Part shown: in pieces, positions 8,600 through 17,238 of the stretch
Position numbering within the stretch: position 1 is the stretch's first letter
Layout of the letters: every line of letters starts with the position of its first letter
Source of the DNA: an uncultured Candidatus Saccharibacteria bacterium
GTDB lineage: Bacteria > Patescibacteriota > Doudnabacteria > UBA920
Direction of reading: 5' to 3'
Length of the DNA: 64,000 nucleotides
Assembly (NCBI GenBank): GCA_964483665.1
Contig: CAZACP010000005.1
Span: 1,910-65,909, forward strand
Program-made: the position numbers and the translations under genes
Notes under the pieces: generated by a model
Databases searched by the model: none
What the model was told of the DNA's origin: nothing
The model's input: only the letters and a program-made list of their open reading frames with translations

Positions 8600-8791
8600 A
8601 TGAATAGCATTTCTTCACCACACAAATTAATAGGGAGCTTAACCCATTGGACTTTCCGACTCCTAATTATTTTAGTTTGCAAACTTTTTGGTATTGAAAT
8701 GTCGCAATGGTTGGAAAGAAAGCTGGCCTATGCCTTAACAGGAATATTTTTGGTTTCCATTGGTGCATGGTCGTATATTAAGTGGTTATAA
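8600..8791 (+). CDS. small two-TM membrane protein
   Basis: 63-aa ORF with two hydrophobic segments. Confidence 0.3.
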   Translation: MNSISSPHKLIGSLTHWTFRLLIILVCKLFGIEMSQWLERKLAYALTGIFLVSIGAWSYIKWL

Positions 8792-8797
8792 CAGATA

Positions 8798-9271
8798 ATG
8801 ACTAAAGACGAACTAATCAAAAAAATAGAAGACAATCCTGAATTTACAGAAGAACAATGGGAGTCTGAAATGCAATCACCTGGAATACAAGTAGAACTTA
8901 CCAGCGGTCCTTTTTCATTTGGCAAGTCACTACCTTGTCCGGTTTGCGAAGTGGTAGGATTCTATGGGCCACGAGTAGCCGGTCAGAGGAAATATAGGGC
9001 TTGTAAGTTCTGCGGTTTTTGGCAGGAAGTACCTAAAGAGCCGCTAACGATTTGGGGTAATAAAGGATATCGCTGTACCCATATTTATTGCCCAAACGGA
9101 CATGAATATGATTGGGTACATCCAAATATAAATGAGTTCAGAAATTGCAAGACATGCAACGCTAAATTGGAAAAAACGGACTGGGCTTCGGATAATCCAA
9201 ATCATCCTTTCCAAAATATAAAGTTAGTAATTACCAATTTTTTAAAAACCCAAACAGCAGCTAATGAATAG
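8798..9271 (+). CDS. Cys-rich zinc-ribbon protein (four CxxC-like pairs)
   Basis: CPVC, CKFC, CTHIYC, CKTC motifs; 157 aa; 8-nt overlap with next gene. Confidence 0.45.
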   Translation: MTKDELIKKIEDNPEFTEEQWESEMQSPGIQVELTSGPFSFGKSLPCPVCEVVGFYGPRVAGQRKYRACKFCGFWQEVPKEPLTIWGNKGYRCTHIYCPNGHEYDWVHPNINEFRNCKTCNAKLEKTDWASDNPNHPFQNIKLVITNFLKTQTAANE

Positions 9272-10082
9272 AAGTGAGTATTTAAAAAATTTTGGCACAT
9301 TAGAAAAGAAAGATAAACGTTATTATCTTTTTAGAGCATTTTTGTTATGCCTAAACGTACAAGAAACTCGTGACCTCATCCAAATAGATTTTTCGCAAGA
9401 TATTCTGACCCGTTTTTTAATAACTAAAAAAATCATAGACGATTTAAAGGTCGGACAAAATAAAAACTTAACAAAATTAGTTGAAGAGATTTTGGAAAGA
9501 ATAGCAACACTTACTTCCTATCATAAAAAACAAGCAGCCTCCAAATTTTTAACTGAAATTTTTGATTTTTTGGAGCCTGAATACCAGGATACGGTAATGG
9601 CCTACTTATTTAATTCACCATATATTAATGACCGAAAGAGGTCTTACGGTCTATTAATGAAAAAGTTTGACGAAAGTTATACTGAAAAATTATTAGAACA
9701 TTTAAATCAATACGATGGTGATTATCCATTAGCCGTAATAGTTAGCTGTTGCCAGCCTAAGGTCTTAAATGAAAATTTTGATTTGATAAATAAATATTTT
9801 GAAGACGACTTAATACAGTACGATTGGCAACTTTTAAAAATCCGTACCAAATTTTATGCTAGGTTGTTAAATTTAAGACCTAAATTTATTAATCAACTAA
9901 AACAGAAAGACCCCATTTCTTACATGTATGTCATGAAAGAGACTGGTAAAAAAATAGATTCGGACATGGCGTGGAAAGCTTTTATGGCAAATCCGAACCG
10001 TAGTAGCTTATTTAGGTTATTTAGTGATTTAAAGCTTTGGGATGTTCTTATAAAAATTGACAGATATCAAAAATCGCATTAA
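9264..10082 (+). CDS. hypothetical all-alpha protein, operonic with Zn-ribbon protein
   Basis: 272-aa ORF, no family recognised. Confidence 0.45.
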   Translation: MNRSEYLKNFGTLEKKDKRYYLFRAFLLCLNVQETRDLIQIDFSQDILTRFLITKKIIDDLKVGQNKNLTKLVEEILERIATLTSYHKKQAASKFLTEIFDFLEPEYQDTVMAYLFNSPYINDRKRSYGLLMKKFDESYTEKLLEHLNQYDGDYPLAVIVSCCQPKVLNENFDLINKYFEDDLIQYDWQLLKIRTKFYARLLNLRPKFINQLKQKDPISYMYVMKETGKKIDSDMAWKAFMANPNRSSLFRLFSDLKLWDVLIKIDRYQKSH

Positions 10083-10312
10083 TAAAAGAGTTTTCCAAAA
10101 GCCCATTGCTCACCCAACAGCACCTCGGCGAACACCCAAAGGCGAATTTGGAAAACTAATTCGGCAGTAATAAAAGAGTTTTCCAAAAGCCTCTTGCTCA
10201 TCCAACAACACCTCGGCGAACACCCAAAGGAGAATTTGGAAAACTAATCTGGCTTAAATTTAAAGGTTTTCCAAATGCACCTTGCTCAAGCAAGTGAACC
10301 TGGAAAACTTTT
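10080..10312. repeat. tandem 88-bp direct repeats (2 full + 1 divergent copy), each an internal inverted repeat AGTTTTCCAAA...TTTGGAAAACT
   Basis: Read directly: copies start 10080 and 10168, third copy 10256-10312 ends in T-tract. Confidence 0.7.
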
Positions 10313-10394
10313 TTGTTTTAAACATAAACAAAATCAGCTATAATATAATAAAGATCGTTATTTTTTAGCTTTTTATAAAGATCAAAGCCATATT

Positions 10395-12767
10395 ATGAGA
10401 GAAAGAAGCATACCCGAATCCCATTTTGAAACCAAGTCTGTCCATAAAAAAAAGACTGAACTCCAACAAGAGCGAGGTGATTTAATGACAGCCAAACAAG
10501 AGCAGCTGGATTATGTTAAGGATGCCTGTATGGAAATTTTTGGAAGCGAACGCCTGCCTAAAGAGATGGTTCAGGAGTTGGTAGACATACGCAAACAAAT
10601 TGCGTCAAAGGTAGAAGAATCGGAATATCTTGAAGAAGTAGAAGTTTTTACTCAGCAACAAATTGCCCAACTTGCAGTAAAAATTGCAAATTATAAAAAT
10701 GCGCGGGGTGTTGAACGTGCGGCGATTGATAATAAAGGGCAAATTTCAGTAGTAACTGCGGATAGCCGCTTACGACCATTGTCTGAAAATGAGGAAGTCT
10801 TAGTCAATTCCTTGGAACTTTACTTTGATACTTACCGGATGGCTCAAAATTCTTTTAGATTTGCAAAAAATGTTAAAGCAGCTGAGGGAGAAATTATACA
10901 TGAAAATGCTAATCGCAAATTAAATTTTTATGCAGAAGGTGATAAAAGAAAAGCTGTAGTCGAGCGTATCCAAGAAAAATATTTAAGTGCAGGATTTACC
11001 AATGGTGAATTAACGGAACTTGTTGAAACTTGTAGCTTGCCCGATTTGGACAAACTCACTATTCACGACCTTAAGGTACTTGTAAAAATTAGAGAGATAT
11101 TTCAAAAATTCATGGGAGGTGACAAAACTAAGTATGTTGCCTTATCAGCCGGGTTACTAGTCCCTGCATTTATAAACGGCTATGCTCCTATGGTGCTTGC
11201 CGATGCCTTTAAAGGTGGTAACATTGATGTAACACAGGTAGGGCTTTATGCATTGCTTTCTTCGGCTTCTGCTGGCAGCTCCATGATTGTTGAAAAACAA
11301 TTCATGAATTTTCTTAATAAGAATTTTAGTAAGGAAAAAGGTATTGGGCAGAGCATTGCAACAAATGTCGCAGAACTACCAGCGGATCAAATTGCCAGCT
11401 TTGGTGTTGATGATATTAAGGTTAATATTTCCGAGGCTAAAGATAGTTATGAAGATATATACAGATTAATCAGCTTTGATATTTTACCCGCTGTTGTTAC
11501 TTTGACTACCAGCGCAGCCATGCTGTATGAAAAAAGCCCCGTGTTAGCTGGTGCTACAGCAATTGGTACAGGGGTGATGATGGCTTTAGATAAATACCTG
11601 GAGAAAGCTACAGCATGGCACAGTAAGAGGAGAGCGGCAAAACAACAGGCTCAGGATGTTTCAAGCCAAATGACTGAGCAATTAAATGCTCATTTAGAGA
11701 TAATTCTTTCTGGAATGAAAGACGAGTTGGCTACAAGAATGGAAGCTTTGCTCACTAAAGAAAGACTGGCTAATTCTGATAAAAAATTCTCGGATACTCT
11801 TAGAGATAATGTTAGAGAATTTTCTGGCTCATTAAATTTAATTATTGCTGGAATTGTAAGTTATCTCACTGGGGCAACTACAGACAAATTTTTTGCTACG
11901 CTGATTTATTCTGGCAACTTTCAAGGAGCAGTATCTAAAATGCTTCACTCAAAAAGTCAGCTACTCGGAGCATTTCGAGAGATTCAAGAGATGGATTTAA
12001 TGTTTAATGGCTATGCGGCCGAAGAGGCAGAAAAGGAAAAAACTCGTGTTGGTGTTGATACAGTACAGAACAGCGATATTGATTTAAAAAATGTTGAAGT
12101 CGCATTTGAGGGTAAAAAAATCATAGAAATTCCTGAACTTCATATCCCTCAAGGTTCAATGGCAAATCTAAGCGGAGCAAGTGGAGCGGGTAAAACCACG
12201 TTAATGAAAGTTATTTCTGGTTATTACCGCCCAACCTCTGGCACAGTTGAGTTCGGCCATGTTGATATGGATCAAATTAAAAAAAGCGGTCCAGACTCAA
12301 TTTATGCGAGGATTAGCTACCTACCTCAATTTCCTTATATACTTGAAGACACAGTCAGAAAAAATATAATTTTTGGTCTTAAAGAAGAAGTGGGTGATGA
12401 CAAAATTTCAGATGTTTTGAAAGAGGTTGGCCTTGCTGAAAGATTCAAAAATTTGAATGAGCCGTTAAAAGGTGGTAGAGGTGATATGGGCACAGCCTCT
12501 GGAGGAGAGGCTTCCAGAATTGGCTTGGCTCGTATACTGCTTAAAATACGTAATGCCAATTCTAGATTAGTATTTTTAGATGAGCCAACGGCCTCGGTAG
12601 ATGAAAAGACAAAAAATGAAATTGCAAACATTATTAATGCTGAAAAAGCAGCAAGACCTCAGGTAACTTTTGTAGTTATTAGCCACGACAAGGACTTTGT
12701 AAGCAAATTGAACTGTGACGTCGAAGTAAGGATGGAAAAGGGCAAGGTCGTAAACGAGAATTCTTAA
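10395..12767 (+). CDS. ABC transporter, fused permease/ATP-binding protein (exporter type) with extra ~230-aa N-terminal domain
   Basis: C-terminal Walker A GASGAGKTT, signature SGGEASRIGLAR, Walker B LVFLDEPT, H-loop ISHD; ~6 TM segments in middle; N-terminal 230 aa soluble, unassigned. Confidence 0.7.
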   Translation: MRERSIPESHFETKSVHKKKTELQQERGDLMTAKQEQLDYVKDACMEIFGSERLPKEMVQELVDIRKQIASKVEESEYLEEVEVFTQQQIAQLAVKIANYKNARGVERAAIDNKGQISVVTADSRLRPLSENEEVLVNSLELYFDTYRMAQNSFRFAKNVKAAEGEIIHENANRKLNFYAEGDKRKAVVERIQEKYLSAGFTNGELTELVETCSLPDLDKLTIHDLKVLVKIREIFQKFMGGDKTKYVALSAGLLVPAFINGYAPMVLADAFKGGNIDVTQVGLYALLSSASAGSSMIVEKQFMNFLNKNFSKEKGIGQSIATNVAELPADQIASFGVDDIKVNISEAKDSYEDIYRLISFDILPAVVTLTTSAAMLYEKSPVLAGATAIGTGVMMALDKYLEKATAWHSKRRAAKQQAQDVSSQMTEQLNAHLEIILSGMKDELATRMEALLTKERLANSDKKFSDTLRDNVREFSGSLNLIIAGIVSYLTGATTDKFFATLIYSGNFQGAVSKMLHSKSQLLGAFREIQEMDLMFNGYAAEEAEKEKTRVGVDTVQNSDIDLKNVEVAFEGKKIIEIPELHIPQGSMANLSGASGAGKTTLMKVISGYYRPTSGTVEFGHVDMDQIKKSGPDSIYARISYLPQFPYILEDTVRKNIIFGLKEEVGDDKISDVLKEVGLAERFKNLNEPLKGGRGDMGTASGGEASRIGLARILLKIRNANSRLVFLDEPTASVDEKTKNEIANIINAEKAARPQVTFVVISHDKDFVSKLNCDVEVRMEKGKVVNENS

Positions 12768-12852
12768 CTTACGTTGTCCAAAACCGGAAGCCGGGTTAAG
12801 TTGAGGTAAATCTCTCTCACCAAAGCCAGAAAAGTTTTCCACCTGTCTCGAC

Positions 12853-12951
12853 TTGGTCTACCACGGCACCATTCGGTGCGTGGCTTGACGCCGTTTTTGG
12901 ATCAAGCCATCACTGAATAAAATAAATTATAGACACGGAATGGTGCCGTGG
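12853..12951. repeat. 14-bp perfect inverted repeat CCACGGCACCATTC / GAATGGTGCCGTGG separated by 71 nt
   Basis: Read directly; lies just upstream of GIY-YIG gene. Confidence 0.6.
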
Positions 12952-12991
12952 TAATCCCGTACCGTATGGTACTGGGATACCAAAATCTTAT

Positions 12992-13243
12992 ATGTATTAT
13001 GTATATATCCTAAGGAACCAAGATGGCCGTTTGTACATAGGTTACACCGAAGATTTACGAAGAAGATTTGAAGAACATAATGATGGATTATCCACCGCAA
13101 CAAAACCATACCGTCCTTGGTTGTTAATTTTTTACGAAGCATATGTTTCAAAAAGAGATGCAAAGCGACGCGAAATGTACTTAAAAACTTCTAAAGGTAG
13201 AACAACAATTAAAACTATGCTTTCAGATACCTTAAATTCATAA
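12992..13243 (+). CDS. GIY-YIG nuclease family protein (second copy in window)
   Basis: YVYILRN..GRLYIGYT..L..R..EH motif; 83 aa. Confidence 0.6.
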   Translation: MYYVYILRNQDGRLYIGYTEDLRRRFEEHNDGLSTATKPYRPWLLIFYEAYVSKRDAKRREMYLKTSKGRTTIKTMLSDTLNS

Positions 13244-13250
13244 TAGCACC

Positions 13251-13280
13251 CGAAAGGGTGTTTTTGATTTGGTTTTATTG
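13251..13280. repeat. 30-bp segment CGAAAGGGTGTTTTTGATTTGGTTTTATTG (copy 1; with CACCC 5' arm forms terminator hairpin)
   Basis: Exact second copy at 13860-13889. Confidence 0.7.
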
Positions 13281-13368
13281 ATGAAGGAATGGTTTTCCAA
13301 AATTTTGGTGTGTAGAAACTTTTTACAAATAAGCGTATAATTAAGACAAATTAGTTTTCAACCATTAG

Positions 13369-13710
13369 TTGGTGCCGAATAAAGAAAATATGAATAATAA
13401 AGAAAGCATTGAATCACAGGACAGCGAGTTTAAGAGTAAGATGGGTGTATCAAAGAAAGTTCATCTTATAAGTCTTTTTGGAACAATAATATCCATAGTT
13501 ATTTTTTTTATTGCATTAGAAAATAAAGATCATATTCAAGGTTGGGCGATATTAACTTATCCCGTGATACTTTTTGCTGCCTCATTCTTTGTCGGTTACT
13601 GGTATACGGGAAAAGCTAGAGATGGCTTTTATTCGATGTTAAAATTTCTTTATTTTTTAATAGCAGCAGTAGTATTAGGACTCTTGGTCAGATTTTTTAA
13701 ACTACATTAA
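13369..13710 (+). CDS. hypothetical membrane protein
   Basis: 113-aa ORF with 3 hydrophobic segments. Confidence 0.4.
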   Translation: MVPNKENMNNKESIESQDSEFKSKMGVSKKVHLISLFGTIISIVIFFIALENKDHIQGWAILTYPVILFAASFFVGYWYTGKARDGFYSMLKFLYFLIAAVVLGLLVRFFKLH

Positions 13711-13859
13711 TAATTTCTGCTTTACAAAGGTACTGATAAACTTCCCTTACCAAAGCCAAATAAGTTTTCCAGCCGTACAGAGCGGGTCTACCAAAGAAAA
13801 ATACCGAAATAAGTTTTCGGTATTTTTCTTTGCCCTGAGCGAAGTCGAAGGGTTAATAA

Positions 13860-13889
13860 CGAAAGGGTGTTTTTGATTTGGTTTTATTG
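13860..13889. repeat. 30-bp segment, exact copy 2 of 13251-13280
   Basis: Exact match; preceded by 18-bp perfect hairpin CAAAGAAAAATACCGAAA/TTTCGGTATTTTTCTTTG at 13790-13832. Confidence 0.7.
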
Positions 13890-13969
13890 TCCAAAGAAAA
13901 ATTTTACAATATAGGGCATTTTAAGTATAAAATATGGTAAACTAAAGAATAATAATAATTTCATAAAAT

Positions 13970-14404
13970 ATGGCTATAGAAACAGCGCCCGGGGTAGCCG
14001 AGTTTAAAGAAGCCGGGCAAAATAAAACAATCGAAACAGTATTGGCGCCAACCCCCGAAGATGTTGAGAGGGCTTTAAAAGCAGGAGCTGACGTTTGTGT
14101 GGCTTTCGGCTATGAAACTCGAATGGTGGAAGATCAGGATTTTGGCAAGATTTACGCTCAACATTCAAACCCTATAAAAAAGGCCTTTGTTGCCGCAAAA
14201 CCTGAGGTTTTTAAAAAGCTTTTTGAAGCTGGTTTGTTTGGGCCGGGTTGGGAAGTTTCTGAAAAAATTTACGCGCCTTTTCCGTGTTTTATTAGTAAAG
14301 ATACCGCTACTAGGAGTGAGGTAAATAAAATACTAAAACAGGTTTTTCCGGAAATGAAATTGTCCGATGCCGATGATTTTGTTTGGAAACAAAAAAATAA
14401 ATGA
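13970..14404 (+). CDS. hypothetical protein
   Basis: 144-aa ORF, no family. Confidence 0.4.
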   Translation: MAIETAPGVAEFKEAGQNKTIETVLAPTPEDVERALKAGADVCVAFGYETRMVEDQDFGKIYAQHSNPIKKAFVAAKPEVFKKLFEAGLFGPGWEVSEKIYAPFPCFISKDTATRSEVNKILKQVFPEMKLSDADDFVWKQKNK

Positions 14405-14425
14405 ATTAGGTTAATTTTATTAATT

Positions 14426-15340
14426 ATGTTTAGCGACATAAAAAAAGTAAAAAGGGTTATAAAAATAACCAGCAGAACCACTGTCAGGCCTTTAAGTTCA
14501 AGTGAAATGAAAGTTTTAAGGCCAAAAACGGTAATACATAGAGCAAAAATCAGTAAAAAGCACTTAGCAGATAGCGGTAACAGAACCGTAACAAAAAAAC
14601 CCCAAACATTTAAGCCGGCTGTTAGTTACAGAACAAAATTAGCAGAAAAAAGGGTTTGGGCTATGCCTAAAATTTTGCCTAGCCGCTATGTATTGGGTGT
14701 CGGGCTGTCTATTTTTCTTTTGCTTTCTACTTATTTGAGCGGCATATGGACAGGTGTCTATACCAGCAGAAGTTACGCTGAATTTGTTTTTTCCGAAAGC
14801 CCGCCCGCCTTACAAAACCAGCAGCCTGCCGTGTTACAAGTTGCCGCCCTAAACGGCCTTGGACAAATTACCCTAAGCAGTTCAGACGAAAATTTGTTCG
14901 CCATGTCCATTGACCAGCTGGAAAATGTGTTTGAAAGAAAAAGAATTCAAATGACCGAAAAGCTGTACGATCAAAGGGCGGAAAAAATTAAGGAGTATTT
15001 AACAGGCAAAAAAGCTCCTTTTGCCGAATACGCCGGCACCATTGCCAGGCAGCCGCATTGGCAGCTAATTCTAGCCATTAGTTTTGCGGAAAGCAGCTGG
15101 GGCAAGAATTGCGTGGACAACAACTGCAGCAATATAGGGGTTAAGCCCGGGCATGAACTTTGGAGAGATTACGACAATTATGGCGAGTGGATAGTGGACT
15201 TTAACAGGCTGCTTGAAAGGCGCTATAAAGACTGGACCTTAAAAGAAATGTGCGGCGTGTATGTTAAGCCCTGCAACAAAAACTGGCTTTTGGCTACCAC
15301 TCAGGTCTTAGGGGAGCTAAAAGAAAACGGTATAAATTGA
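14426..15340 (+). CDS. putative peptidoglycan hydrolase (glucosaminidase-like domain) with N-terminal TM
   Basis: AISFAESSWGKN resembles the glucosaminidase/FlgJ active-site region (ALESGWG); weak. Confidence 0.35.
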   Translation: MFSDIKKVKRVIKITSRTTVRPLSSSEMKVLRPKTVIHRAKISKKHLADSGNRTVTKKPQTFKPAVSYRTKLAEKRVWAMPKILPSRYVLGVGLSIFLLLSTYLSGIWTGVYTSRSYAEFVFSESPPALQNQQPAVLQVAALNGLGQITLSSSDENLFAMSIDQLENVFERKRIQMTEKLYDQRAEKIKEYLTGKKAPFAEYAGTIARQPHWQLILAISFAESSWGKNCVDNNCSNIGVKPGHELWRDYDNYGEWIVDFNRLLERRYKDWTLKEMCGVYVKPCNKNWLLATTQVLGELKENGIN

Positions 15341-15431
15341 AAAGATTTAAAAGAATTAAAAGATTGACAAGATTTGATGTAAGAAATCATTTAAATTTTG
15401 TTCAATCATGTCAATCATTTAAATAAATTCT

Positions 15432-16505
15432 ATGAATTACAAAAGCGTTTTAAAGACCTCTCTGCCGTTTTTTGTGGGGGCTATGATTGCGGTTTCGACC
15501 CATGCGGTTGGCCAAAATATAAAACTAAATCCTATAAAGCCCGGCTCTAACAAAGTCATAACCGACGAACAACAGGCTATATTGGCAGTCAGGAAAATTA
15601 AAGCCAGCGTGGTAAATATTATTGGGGATATAAAACCGACTCAAGGCGAAGCTATAAAACTGCAGGCCGGAGAAGTTTCCGGGACAGGGTTTATATGGTC
15701 AAAAGACGGTTATATTGTTACTAACCAACACGTGGTAGAAAACGAGCAAGGCCAATTTTCCGCGGTCTTTTCCGACGGCACAAGTTTTCCGGCTAAAGTT
15801 ATTGGCCGGGACAAGTATAGCGATGTCGCGCTTTTAAAAATTGAAGCCAGTAATTTAACCCCGGCGGTTTTGGGCGACTCAAACGGACTTGAAACCGGGC
15901 AGAGCGTATTTGCCATAGGCAACTCCGTGGGCAAATACCAAAACACGGTTACAAGGGGGGTAGTGTCCGGACTTTCGCGTGCAATTTCTGTTAACGCGCA
16001 GGGCACCTCGGCTCCGCGCTTGCAAAATTTAATTCAGACAGATGCCTCCATAAACCCGGGCAATAGCGGCGGCCCGTTAATAAACATGGCCGGAGAAGTG
16101 GTGGGCATGAACACAGCTATAGACACTACCGCTCAAGGCATAGGGTTTGCCGTACCCGTGAATGTTGTAAAAGCTTCGGTTGAACAAATAAGAACTTTGG
16201 GTAAGGTTAGCCACCCGTACTTGGGAGTAAGTTTTTTAAGCCTTACTAAAAGCATTCAGGAGTGGAATGGGCTGCCTTTAAACGAAGGCGCATTTATTTC
16301 AGAAGTTGTGGCTAAAGGACCGGCCTTTTTTGCAGGCATAAAGCCCGGCGACATAATTACTGCGGTGGACAGGCAAAAAATTACCCAGTATAACGAACTC
16401 GATTCAATGCTGCTTAAATACCAGGCAGGCAATCAAATTTTAGTCAGCCTACTTAGGGACGGTCAAAATTTAGATTTGCCGGTTATACTCGGAGAATATA
16501 AATAA
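15432..16505 (+). CDS. htrA: HtrA/DegP-family trypsin-like serine protease with PDZ domain
   Basis: Catalytic triad context TNQHVV, DVALLKI, GNSGGPL; C-terminal PDZ-like region; signal peptide. Confidence 0.8.
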   Translation: MNYKSVLKTSLPFFVGAMIAVSTHAVGQNIKLNPIKPGSNKVITDEQQAILAVRKIKASVVNIIGDIKPTQGEAIKLQAGEVSGTGFIWSKDGYIVTNQHVVENEQGQFSAVFSDGTSFPAKVIGRDKYSDVALLKIEASNLTPAVLGDSNGLETGQSVFAIGNSVGKYQNTVTRGVVSGLSRAISVNAQGTSAPRLQNLIQTDASINPGNSGGPLINMAGEVVGMNTAIDTTAQGIGFAVPVNVVKASVEQIRTLGKVSHPYLGVSFLSLTKSIQEWNGLPLNEGAFISEVVAKGPAFFAGIKPGDIITAVDRQKITQYNELDSMLLKYQAGNQILVSLLRDGQNLDLPVILGEYK

Positions 16506-16642
16506 ATGACAAGAATAAAAGACAGGCTGTCATCCCGGAATTTTTACGTCTAGGGTTATATCGGACCGTAAAAAATATCTGGAATCCAGTTAATAATAAT
16601 TGATGTTTGTTAATTAATAATTGATAACAAAAAGACAAGAGA

Positions 16643-16682
16643 AAAGGCCGCGGATCACAAATGTGATACACGCGGCCTTTTA
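16643..16682. terminator. bidirectional rho-independent terminator
   Basis: AAAAGGCCGCG...CGCGGCCTTTT between convergent genes. Confidence 0.5.
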
Positions 16683-16728
16683 AACCAGAAACTTTTGAGT
16701 GAAAGTTATTCAATCCGCGGCAGCGGAC

Positions 16729-16995
16729 TCAATGAAGTTCACTTTCTGTTCCTGATTTCGTCGCCACAATTATTGCGAGCAGCATTATGGCGGCGCTTAT
16801 GTGGACTATGTCCACATGCTCAACTGTCCTTACAAGCTCTGACAGTTGGGCGGTCATTACCAGAGTGGTAATGGCCTTGGGCACTACTTGCTTTTTTGGC
16901 AGCCTTTTTTCCAAAAAGCCGTGTAGCTTTTGGCTGTGGCCTATGCTTACAAGCAAGGCCACTAAGGCAAGCGTGCCTATCAGGAACAGATTCAT
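16729..16995 (-). CDS. small hydrophobic hypothetical protein
   Basis: 88-aa ORF, 2 TM; overlapped by other-frame ORFs; weak. Confidence 0.25.
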   Translation of the reverse strand: MNLFLIGTLALVALLVSIGHSQKLHGFLEKRLPKKQVVPKAITTLVMTAQLSELVRTVEHVDIVHISAAIMLLAIIVATKSGTESELH

Positions 16996-17152
16996 AAGTT
17001 TCCTTTCTTACCCGTAGTTTATACGAGTATGAATAATCTGTCCCTCCTATTTTGTTTCCCCTGTACAGGCGCAGACTTGGCTGCAACTGCAAGAGGACTT
17101 GCCATTATAAGCCTTTTAGAACTAGTTGTCAAGAGGCTTTAAAGTTGATAAA

Positions 17153-17181
17153 ATAAATTTAATTAGCTTCATCTTTGGTCC
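17153..17181 (+). promoter_or_regulatory. candidate promoter TTGTCA-N17-TAAAAT upstream of trxB
   Basis: Read directly. Confidence 0.3.
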
Positions 17182-17238
17182 TTTATGTTCGGCCTAAGAA
17201 GGTTTATGAAATAAAATAAAGGATTAAGGATATTTTTT

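Noticed and set aside
8280-8600. RNase P RNA or tmRNA in the GC-rich patch
   Set aside because: Hallmark motifs (GGAAAGTCCGGGCTCC for P4; GGGGCTGATTCTGGATTCGACGGG for the tmRNA 5' end with a tag ORF) were not found by eye. Left as an unresolved GC-rich patch.
8331-8621. Minus-strand 96-aa ORF
   Set aside because: It overlaps the more protein-like plus-strand 46-aa ORF and a terminator. Its composition is odd and it has no start context.
10080-10312. Possible CRISPR array
   Set aside because: The 88-bp units are directly adjacent, with no unique spacers and no cas genes nearby. These are tandem hairpin repeats, not CRISPR.
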